Position numbers and translations under genes: made by a program. The notes under the pieces were generated by a model. That model had not been told where the DNA came from. It searched no databases and saw only the letters and a program-made list of their open reading frames with translations. A stretch of DNA of 17,730 bases. It comes from an archaeon. Lineage in GTDB: Archaea > Iainarchaeota > Iainarchaeia > Iainarchaeales > CSSED10-239. Shown here piece after piece: positions 1 to 6,673 of the stretch (its first letter is position 1; each line of letters starts with the position of its first letter). The stretch is taken from positions 1-17,730 of the forward strand of contig JBAWVI010000004.1 in the NCBI GenBank assembly GCA_037147375.1, read 5' to 3'.

Positions 1-1057
1 TTTTAGGTAAATTAGATTTTTTAATAAGTTTTGTATTTTCTTTATTATGCTTAAGGTTATCTTTGTTGATTTCTTTCTGAGATTGAATAATATTAAAATA
101 TCCTTTATTTGTATGATATTCTCCTAAATACATTTGTTCAGATTCATTAGGTGTTGGAATTAATATAGCATCCTTGTTTAATTCAATTAAATCCATAACT
201 GTGGAATATCCAGTTCTTGAGATTATAATCTTTGCTTGATTATATAATTTGTTTTTATCTAGGTTCTTAAAAGAAGAATATACTTCAATATCTCCTGGTA
301 GTTTTTTATGATAATCATTAATATAATCTCCTAATATAAATACTTTTTTTCCTTTTCTATTCTTAAGAATTTCAAGTATTTTTTCATAGAATTCTTGTTT
401 ATGTTCATATAAATATCCACTTATTATTACTAAATAATCTATGTCTTCTTTTATATTTGTTTTATTATATTGAGATAATATTCCTACATACTCGAGTTTA
501 TTACTTTTTTTGTATTTTTCAGGTGCAAGCTTACCAGCAATACTAACTTCTTTCTTATAATCAAGAACAAATACTTTTGTAAATTTATTGAAAGTATACT
601 TATTGTAGATTGTAGTTAATGGTCTAAATATAAAAGGAATTCCATAAAATTTGAATTCTAATTGATGTGTTAATAAAAAGCATGGGACTTTTTTAGAATA
701 TGCACCATAAATTCCATCAGATATAATAAAATTAATTTTATATTTGCTTACAATTTTATTTATTACTTTATTTTCTTTTTTAACAATTAATGGCATACTC
801 AGACCATCCAAAATTATGTGAGCAGTATATGCTAAATTGCTTTTACCTCTTTCAAGTGGAGGATATTTATTTTCTTTTTCAATTAGAACGAGATTTTTAG
901 TATTTTTAAATTCATTTCTTAAAAACCCAAGTACATTTGGCTCAGATGTTATATAAATTTTGTTCTTACCATCACTTAAATAATGTTTAATTAATGGTAA
1001 TGTTCTTGTAACATGTCCAAGACCTAAAGCACATACACAAAAAAGAATATTTGACAT
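1..1057 (-). CDS. Glycosyltransferase, GT-B fold (MurG/GT28-like, MJ1255-type). The N-terminus is complete and the C-terminus runs off the left window edge.
   Basis: Absent from the supplied ORF track because no stop lies inside the window. The reverse-strand frame from ATG (complement of 1055-1057) stays open for 352 codons down to position 2: MSNILFCVCALGLGHVTRTLPLIKHYLSDGKNKIYITSEP... The N-terminal GLGHVTR loop and the C-terminal AKIIISRTGYSTVMDLIELNKDAILIPTPNESEQ block match the pattern of MurG-like nucleotide-sugar transferases. That pattern is recalled from memory, not searched. Confidence 0.7.
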   Translation of the reverse strand, partial: MSNILFCVCALGLGHVTRTLPLIKHYLSDGKNKIYITSEPNVLGFLRNEFKNTKNLVLIEKENKYPPLERGKSNLAYTAHIILDGLSMPLIVKKENKVINKIVSKYKINFIISDGIYGAYSKKVPCFLLTHQLEFKFYGIPFIFRPLTTIYNKYTFNKFTKVFVLDYKKEVSIAGKLAPEKYKKSNKLEYVGILSQYNKTNIKEDIDYLVIISGYLYEHKQEFYEKILEILKNRKGKKVFILGDYINDYHKKLPGDIEVYSSFKNLDKNKLYNQAKIIISRTGYSTVMDLIELNKDAILIPTPNESEQMYLGEYHTNKGYFNIIQSQKEINKDNLKHNKENTKLIKKSNLPK

Positions 1058-1194
1058 GATATATATATAATATATTGTATTTAAATAATTATCATTAAAT
1101 CTGATTTTTAAGAAAATTAGGAAATTATAGATTATTACTATAATTTAGAACTAAATTTAAATAATTTACATTCTTTTTTCTTAAAACACTATCC

Positions 1195-1202
1195 TTTAAA
1201 TA
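1195..1202 (+). promoter_or_regulatory. Putative archaeal TATA box (TTTAAATA) for the gene starting at 1224
   Basis: TTTAAATA lies 22-29 nt upstream of the ATG and there is no Shine-Dalgarno. This spacing fits a leaderless archaeal mRNA. The 166-bp AT-rich spacer (1058-1223) is shared with the divergent glycosyltransferase. Confidence 0.35.
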
Positions 1203-1223
1203 TTTATTCACTCGTTTATTTAT

Positions 1224-2075
1224 ATGATATTTACTTTAATTGAAATTGCAATAATTATATTATTTGCTTTATTTTATATCTTTTTCAAAAACAAAAGAAA
1301 AATGCTTATTTATTCATTAATATTTTCTGGAATTTTTGAATTGCTTGGTGTCCTATCCAAAGGATATACATATAATCTTCACTTTTCATTTTCTATATTT
1401 AATGTTCCTTTATTTATTATTCTTTCTTGGAGCATTATTATTGTAACATCATACACATTGATTTCAAAGATTACAAATCACAGATTAACTAAAGCATTTA
1501 TTTGTGCATTATCAGTAATTTCTGTAGATTTAGTGTTTGAAGCTTCATCTGTTGCTCTTGGCTTGTGGAAATGGAATACATTTTCAAATATACTTTATGC
1601 AAATATAAATCCATTTAATTTTATTGGATGGTTATTAGTTTCTTTCTTATTTATTTATTTTTATGAAAAAAAGCCAATCTATTCTATTATTCTTGGAATT
1701 CCAGTTTACATGCTAATAGGAATTATATATTTTGTATTATCTTTAATATCATTAATAAGAAATGCAGATCCATATCTAACCCTAGTAATCATTTATCTTA
1801 TTTTTATAATTTCCTCAATAATATTATATATTAAACATAAAACACATGAAAGAAATAAATTAAATCTAAAAGAATTAGCAGAAATTTGGTTATTTAGATT
1901 ACCCTTCTTCTTATTTGGTATTATTGCATGTATAATTGTAGGCGATTATAGCTCACCATTTGTTTTATTAATTATGTTTATTGGTCTTGTTCAAGAAATG
2001 ATTATATATGTTTTAATTATTGAAGATAAAAAAATAGATAAAATATTAAAAAGAAAAGAAAAAAGAAGAAATTAA
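1224..2075 (+). CDS. Polytopic integral membrane protein, possibly of the carotenoid-biosynthesis/CruF-like family (DUF422, PF04240)
   Basis: 283-aa ORF that is almost entirely hydrophobic helices, with a KR-rich C-terminal tail. Two blocks resemble the two conserved halves of the DUF422/CruF family as I remember them: FELLGVLSKGYTYNLHFSFSIFNVPLFIILSW and DLVFEASSVALGLWKWNTFSNILYANINPFNFIGWLL. The coding call is strong and the family call is weak. Confidence 0.6.
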   Translation: MIFTLIEIAIIILFALFYIFFKNKRKMLIYSLIFSGIFELLGVLSKGYTYNLHFSFSIFNVPLFIILSWSIIIVTSYTLISKITNHRLTKAFICALSVISVDLVFEASSVALGLWKWNTFSNILYANINPFNFIGWLLVSFLFIYFYEKKPIYSIILGIPVYMLIGIIYFVLSLISLIRNADPYLTLVIIYLIFIISSIILYIKHKTHERNKLNLKELAEIWLFRLPFFLFGIIACIIVGDYSSPFVLLIMFIGLVQEMIIYVLIIEDKKIDKILKRKEKRRN

Positions 2076-3532
2076 TTCTTCTCTGTTCTTTCTGCAATCT
2101 TAACATCTGGAGTTTTCTTTTTTTCAAAGAACTCAATTGCTTCAGCTAGTTCTATATGTGTTTTTGCATATTCATGTATATCTATTCCTTTTTGATATGC
2201 ATCACACGATTGAACTAATGCTTTTGCTCCTGCCTTTGTTCCTTTCGGATGTGCATGACACCCAGCACCCATGGTTGTTATAAAATCAACTCCATTCATA
2301 ACATCAATAAATGGTTTTAGAAGAGTTGGATTAAGCCCACCTGATATGATTGGAGCACACTTTTTAATTCCTCTCCAATTATCATCTTGTAAGATAACAT
2401 GATGTGCATGATCTTCTTCAACGAGTCTTAATACATCTTCGTCATTTTCTGGAACTTCAGCCCAACTTTGAGTAAAGAAATGTCCTTTAGCAGTTAATTC
2501 TAAGATTCCTGCTGCTGCTGTTATATCTTCTTCAGGAGTACCAGCCATCTTTCCAACTCCAGCAGTTCCAGTATGTATTCCACTAGCTCCTGCAAGTCTT
2601 GCAAACTTAGATAAAACAAGTACTGAGAAACCAAATGGATTTTCTGGTCTTGTAAATGCTCCGTGTGCTGCTCTATGGAAGTGTATAAATGTATCAGGAT
2701 ATCTTCTTCTTAAAGTTTGAAGAGCCATCCATCCAGCAGTAATTCCATCAATTAAGAATGCATAAGAACCTTTTTCAAATCCAGCTTCTTTAATCATTTC
2801 ACATCTTTTAATCATTGTATCGAAATCAGATGATGAAACATTAAATGAATGAACTTTTTTCTTTCCAGTTTCCTTAACTGCTTTATCCATAGCTTCCTTA
2901 ACATTTTTAACCATCTTATCATATGGACAAAAGTCTTGATCTGCTTGTGGTTCATCGTTCTTAACAAAGTCTCCACCACCAACCCAGAAATCATAACATA
3001 CTTCTGCATATTCAGCAGAAGTTAAACCCATTTTTGGTTTAACTATGGTTCCAAGAATTGGTCTATCATAAACATCTAAATATTTTCTCATATCATCAAG
3101 AGTATAGCCTGGTCCATCAAATTGTTCAAGCATTGATGGTGGAAACCACATATCAATTAATTTAAGAGCATTAACTTCTTTCATTCCAAGAACGTTACCA
3201 ACTACATAAGTTAATATATTTTGAACATTTCCTCTTCTATCAAATAATCTCCAAGGATATGCAATCCAAACTAAGTTTTTTTCAAGATCAAGCTTGTAAA
3301 CAAGAGCATTCATTTCTCTTGAGAAAGGAGTTTCAGTTTGAACTTGGAAATTAGTTCCTGTTGATGATTCAGCAGAAATCTCACAAGCTGCTTGAAGAAT
3401 ATTTAAGTTTCCTCCAGGAAGAATATGGAAAACACAAAGCATGTATTCTCCGTTCTTAGTATCTGGAATATTAAAATTAACATAAGCTGCTTGATGTGAG
3501 TTTAAAGTTTTAATAAGTTCTTCATGCACCAT
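2072..3532 (-). CDS. rbcL: Ribulose-1,5-bisphosphate carboxylase/oxygenase large subunit, form II/III
   Basis: 486-aa ORF with every RuBisCO catalytic motif present: SAESSTGTN, VGNVLGM, IVKPKMGL, GGGDFVKNDEPQADQDF (K191/D193/E194), HFHRAAHG, GIHTGT, VGKMAG and APIISGG. It is co-linear with form II (Rhodospirillum rubrum CbbM, from memory). It also carries about 29 extra residues (aa 358-389, nt 2366-2461) between QSW and KKCAPIISGG. That insertion is the hallmark of the form II/III enzymes of Methanococcoides burtonii and of CPR/DPANN organisms. Confidence 0.93.
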   Translation of the reverse strand: MVHEELIKTLNSHQAAYVNFNIPDTKNGEYMLCVFHILPGGNLNILQAACEISAESSTGTNFQVQTETPFSREMNALVYKLDLEKNLVWIAYPWRLFDRRGNVQNILTYVVGNVLGMKEVNALKLIDMWFPPSMLEQFDGPGYTLDDMRKYLDVYDRPILGTIVKPKMGLTSAEYAEVCYDFWVGGGDFVKNDEPQADQDFCPYDKMVKNVKEAMDKAVKETGKKKVHSFNVSSSDFDTMIKRCEMIKEAGFEKGSYAFLIDGITAGWMALQTLRRRYPDTFIHFHRAAHGAFTRPENPFGFSVLVLSKFARLAGASGIHTGTAGVGKMAGTPEEDITAAAGILELTAKGHFFTQSWAEVPENDEDVLRLVEEDHAHHVILQDDNWRGIKKCAPIISGGLNPTLLKPFIDVMNGVDFITTMGAGCHAHPKGTKAGAKALVQSCDAYQKGIDIHEYAKTHIELAEAIEFFEKKKTPDVKIAERTEKN

Positions 3533-3584
3533 AAATAATCATCTTCTCCTTTAATATAAGTATAGATATAAGAAGAGTGTAAGG

Positions 3585-3592
3585 TTTAAATA
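3585..3592 (+). promoter_or_regulatory. Putative TATA box (TTTAAATA) for the GNAT gene, inside the 91-bp divergent spacer shared with RuBisCO
   Basis: TTTAAATA lies 32-39 nt upstream of the ATG at 3624. On the other strand, AT-rich TATA-like sequence (3551-3575) and an AGGAG (complement of 3546-3550) precede the RuBisCO start. Confidence 0.35.
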
Positions 3593-3623
3593 ATTATTTA
3601 TTCTCTATACTTGCGAAGAGTTT

Positions 3624-4175
3624 ATGAAATATATAACTAAAGTTAGATTAAATAATAAAATATTTAAAATATATAAGCTAGGTGCTCTTGATATACCTTT
3701 CTTTAAAGATTTTTATAGTATTATTATAGATAACCTTAAAGGAATAGAAAAAGAATTTTCTTCTCATTACGATTATAAACTTTTAAAGAAAGATATTGAA
3801 AGTAAGTCTGTGGTTTATATGGTTTATTATAGAGAAAAGCCAGTTGCTTATTCTTTAGTATATATTCCAAATAGTAAGAACATATCTAATTGGTTAAAGA
3901 ATTGTAAAATTGATAAGACAGATAAAACAAGAATTGCAGAACTTGCAGGTGCAGGAGTTATTCCTGAGTTTAGAGGGTATGGTATTCAAAGTTATTTATT
4001 TAAGTTAAGAGAAAAATACTTAAAAAAAATTAATTTTAAGTGGGGTGTTTGCTCAGTTCATCCAAAAAATATTTATAGTTATAATAATTTAGTTAAAAAT
4101 AACTATACATTTATTAGTTCAGGAAAAGACAAACTAAATAGAGATAGATTATATTTCAAAAAAGAAATTAAATAG
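3624..4175 (+). CDS. GNAT-family N-acetyltransferase
   Basis: 183-aa ORF. The acetyl-CoA binding motif A is recognisable (AGAGVIPEFRGYGIQSYLFKLRE, R-G-x-G-x pattern). It is followed by a GNAT-like C-terminal strand/helix (HPKNIYSYNNLVKNNYTFI). Confidence 0.7.
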   Translation: MKYITKVRLNNKIFKIYKLGALDIPFFKDFYSIIIDNLKGIEKEFSSHYDYKLLKKDIESKSVVYMVYYREKPVAYSLVYIPNSKNISNWLKNCKIDKTDKTRIAELAGAGVIPEFRGYGIQSYLFKLREKYLKKINFKWGVCSVHPKNIYSYNNLVKNNYTFISSGKDKLNRDRLYFKKEIK

Positions 4176-4179
4176 TTAT

Positions 4180-4920
4180 TTATTTTCTAGTTATATATTC
4201 AATTATTTTTGGAAGAACAAGATCATAATGCTCAAGAACATAATGGTCTACATTTTTTATCATATAGAACTCTCTGCTCTGTGAACTTATGTTACTTAAA
4301 ATATAATATGATTGTTCAATTGGATCTAAATCATCTTTTTCTCCATGAAGTAACAAAGTATCGCAATCAATTTTTTTTAATTGCTTTCTTGCAAGAGATG
4401 CGAGTTTGAACATCTCTAAATATGTGCTTAGTTTAAATTCTTGTTTATTCTTTTTAATTCTTCTAAACTCATTAATTAAAGATAATACACTTATCTTAAA
4501 TGCTTCATAATCGTAATTTATTGGGGTTGATATTAGTATAAGTTTATCTGGTTTTATTTTACTTGCAAGATTAATTGAAACAATTCCTCCAAGAGAATAT
4601 CCAACAATTATTATTTTTTTATATTGTTCTTTTAGAAGCTTATAAATTTCAAGATTTGTATGAATTAAATCTTTATAACTCTTAATATCAACTATTCTTG
4701 ATTCAAAATGTCCTGTAAGTGTTGGAGCAAAAACATCTCCATATTCTTTTAATGTTTCAATATATGGTTTATATATGTTTGATGTTTGTGCATATCCATG
4801 AAAGAGAATTATTGCTGTTTCTTTTTTGTGAATTTCACATAATCCTTTTTCACATAACTCTGTATTTAGATATTTTGAGTAAATATCTTGATTTATAGTT
4901 TCTTCAGGCATAATATACAT
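4180..4920 (-). CDS. Alpha/beta-hydrolase (esterase/lipase, COG1647/Est30-like), paralog 1
   Basis: 246-aa ORF. It has an HG oxyanion motif (ILFHGYAQTS), a nucleophile elbow GYSLGG, an acid in LLLHGEKDDL and a His in NVDHYVLE. An alternative start is M4 (4911). Confidence 0.8.
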   Translation of the reverse strand: MYIMPEETINQDIYSKYLNTELCEKGLCEIHKKETAIILFHGYAQTSNIYKPYIETLKEYGDVFAPTLTGHFESRIVDIKSYKDLIHTNLEIYKLLKEQYKKIIIVGYSLGGIVSINLASKIKPDKLILISTPINYDYEAFKISVLSLINEFRRIKKNKQEFKLSTYLEMFKLASLARKQLKKIDCDTLLLHGEKDDLDPIEQSYYILSNISSQSREFYMIKNVDHYVLEHYDLVLPKIIEYITRK

Positions 4921-4987
4921 ATTATTTAATAAATATGTTTTTAAAATAGCATATTTTAAAAAAATAAATACATGTGAAAATAAATTC

Positions 4988-5899
4988 TTATTTTCTAGTT
5001 ATATATTCAATTATCTTTGGAAGTATTACTTCATGATGCTCAAGAGTGAAATGATCTACTCCTTTTGCAATATAGAATTCTCTATTTTGTGAACTTATTT
5101 TATCTAAAATATAACGTGATTGTTCAATTGGATTTAATTCATCAAGTTCCCCATGTATACAAAGAACATCGCAATCAATATATTTTAATCTTCTTTTAGC
5201 GTGAGATGCAATCCTGTACATTTCAAGATATGTTTTAAGTCCAAGAGATTCTTTTGTGTTTTTAACTTCCTTATATTTTGCAAGAAGGTATTGTGCACTT
5301 CTTTTAAACGCATCAAAATTATATTTTATTGGAGTTGATATAAGTATTAGTTTATCTGGTCTTATTCTGCTTGCGAGTTTAATTGAAACTATTCCTCCAA
5401 GAGAATATCCAATAAGAATAATTCTTTTGTAATGTTTTTTAAGTAACGTTAAAAGCTTTAGGTTTGGAGTAATAAGTTCTTTATAACTTTTAATATCAAC
5501 TACTTCTGATTCAAAATGCCCTGTAAGTGTTGGAGCAAATACATCTCCAAGTTCTTTAAGTTTTTCAATATATGGCATGTGTATTTTTGATGTTTGCCCG
5601 TATCCATGTAATAAAACTATTGCTGTGTCTTTATTATCTATTTCACATAATCCATTTTCACAAAGTCCACTATTTAAATATTTAAAGTATATATCCTTAT
5701 TTTTATTTGGAATTTTTTTAATTCTAATTTTTTTTGGTTCAACTTTTTCAGTTATTAATTTTTCTATAATTGCTTCTTCATCCATATACATAACTTGTGT
5801 GGTTCTTGTTTTAAACTGTGGTTTTACTATATTAAATAAATATGTGCTATATTTGTTGGACACTTCCAGCCCAAAACTATTATAATACTTTTTATTCAT
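4988..5899 (-). CDS. Alpha/beta-hydrolase (esterase/lipase), paralog 2, with an N-terminal extension
   Basis: 303-aa ORF, roughly two-thirds identical by eye to the 4180-4920 product over the hydrolase fold. Shared motifs are VLLHGYGQTS, GYSLGG, IHGELDEL, VDHFTLE and an identical C-terminus LPKIIEYITRK. The first 36 aa have no counterpart in paralog 1. An internal MYM at 5791 aligns with the MYIM start of paralog 1, so the true start may be 5791. Confidence 0.78.
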   Translation of the reverse strand: MNKKYYNSFGLEVSNKYSTYLFNIVKPQFKTRTTQVMYMDEEAIIEKLITEKVEPKKIRIKKIPNKNKDIYFKYLNSGLCENGLCEIDNKDTAIVLLHGYGQTSKIHMPYIEKLKELGDVFAPTLTGHFESEVVDIKSYKELITPNLKLLTLLKKHYKRIILIGYSLGGIVSIKLASRIRPDKLILISTPIKYNFDAFKRSAQYLLAKYKEVKNTKESLGLKTYLEMYRIASHAKRRLKYIDCDVLCIHGELDELNPIEQSRYILDKISSQNREFYIAKGVDHFTLEHHEVILPKIIEYITRK

Positions 5900-5924
5900 A
5901 AATATATATTAAATTACTATTTTT

Positions 5925-5929
5925 AGGAG
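5925..5929 (+). promoter_or_regulatory. Shine-Dalgarno (AGGAG) for the FKBP gene
   Basis: AGGAG lies 9 nt upstream of the ATG at 5939. Confidence 0.5.
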
Positions 5930-5938
5930 AAATTATTT

Positions 5939-6535
5939 ATGAGTGTTAAAGAAAATGATTGGGTAATGATTGAATACACAGGAACATTTGATGATGGTGT
6001 TGTTTTTGATAAATCAGAAGGACGCGAACCATTGAAATTTTTAATAGGTGGTGGAATGGTAATTCCTGGTTTTGAAAAAGCAGTTATTGGAATGAATCCT
6101 GGTGAAGAAAAGGATGTTAAGATCGAACCAAAGGATGGATATGGAGATAAAAGTAAAGAAGTTATGCAACTTCCAAAAACTGCTTTCCAAGATCTTTCTG
6201 TTCTTGTGGAAGGTAAGGAACTTAACATGATGACAAATATGGGCCCAATGGTTATTGAGGTTATAAAGATGGAAGATGACAAGGTATCAGTTATCTTAAA
6301 TCATCCAATGGCTGGAAAAAATCTAAACTTTAAAGTAAAGCTTGTTAAGGTTCTTGATGAAGCTGAAGTTAAGGTTATGGAAGAAGAAATGATAGCAATG
6401 CAAAAGCAACTTGAAGAAGTTTATAAATCACAAGCTCATTCACATGCTCCTGGTCATGAATGCACAGATGAAGATTGTAAAGATTGTGATGATTCTTGCG
6501 ATTGTGAAGATGAAGAATGTGCTCATAAGCACTAA
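5939..6535 (+). CDS. slyD: FKBP-type peptidyl-prolyl cis-trans isomerase, SlyD-like (FKBP domain plus insert-in-flap domain), with a C-terminal Cys/His/Asp-rich tail
   Basis: 198-aa ORF. VMIEYTGTFDDGVVFDKSEGREPLKFLIGGGMVIPGFEKAVIGMNPGEEKDVKIEPKDGYG is a classic FKBP core. The IF-like insert ends with NHPMAGKNLNFKVKLVKV. The tail is HSHAPGHECTDEDCKDCDDSCDCEDEECAHKH. Confidence 0.88.
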   Translation: MSVKENDWVMIEYTGTFDDGVVFDKSEGREPLKFLIGGGMVIPGFEKAVIGMNPGEEKDVKIEPKDGYGDKSKEVMQLPKTAFQDLSVLVEGKELNMMTNMGPMVIEVIKMEDDKVSVILNHPMAGKNLNFKVKLVKVLDEAEVKVMEEEMIAMQKQLEEVYKSQAHSHAPGHECTDEDCKDCDDSCDCEDEECAHKH

Positions 6536-6546
6536 CTTCTAACATC

Positions 6547-6573
6547 TTTCTTTTTCTTATTTTTTCTCTTTTT
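6547..6573 (+). terminator. Oligo-T tracts after the FKBP gene (archaeal-style terminator candidate)
   Basis: Consecutive T5, T6 and T5 runs (ctttctttttcttattttttctcttttt) begin 12 nt after the stop codon. Confidence 0.4.
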
Positions 6574-6660
6574 CTATATTATTTATATACTCTTTGTCTC
6601 AATTATATTTATTGCAATAAAGTTGCAATAATAACTAACTAAAAGACTATAACTAAAAAA

Positions 6661-6665
6661 GGAGG
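6661..6665 (+). promoter_or_regulatory. Shine-Dalgarno (GGAGG) for serS
   Basis: GGAGG lies 8 nt upstream of the ATG at 6674. Confidence 0.55.
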
Positions 6666-6673
6666 AAGTACTT

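Noticed and set aside
2812-3009. 65-aa ORF listed inside the RuBisCO gene on the same strand, in a different frame
   Set aside because: It is fully nested in a confidently identified, motif-complete CDS. Its K/L/R-rich translation is typical of an out-of-frame read of AT-rich coding DNA. It has no independent start signal.
2072-3532. Possibility that the RuBisCO homolog is a form IV RuBisCO-like protein (methionine salvage or other non-carboxylase role)
   Set aside because: The residues RLPs typically lose are all present: KPK, the carbamyl-Lys KNDE motif, HR..H, GIHTGT, GKM and SGG.
3522-3550. Seven-codon upstream ORF (ATG ATT ATT TAT GGT GCA TGA, reverse strand, start at 3542), preceded by AGGAG and overlapping the RuBisCO start
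   Set aside because: The SD-to-uORF spacing is only 3 nt and the ORF is tiny. Such ATGs are frequent in AT-rich leaders, and the sequence alone gives no evidence for regulation.
4209-4409. 66-aa ORF antisense to esterase paralog 1. The same applies to the 102-aa ORF at 5577-5885, antisense to paralog 2.
   Set aside because: Both are shadow ORFs opposite well-supported hydrolase genes. They have no recognisable motifs or initiation signals.
5923-6282. 119-aa ORF antisense to the FKBP gene
   Set aside because: Its S/P/I-rich low-complexity translation is the mirror of a conserved FKBP domain. It would also overlap the FKBP SD and start.
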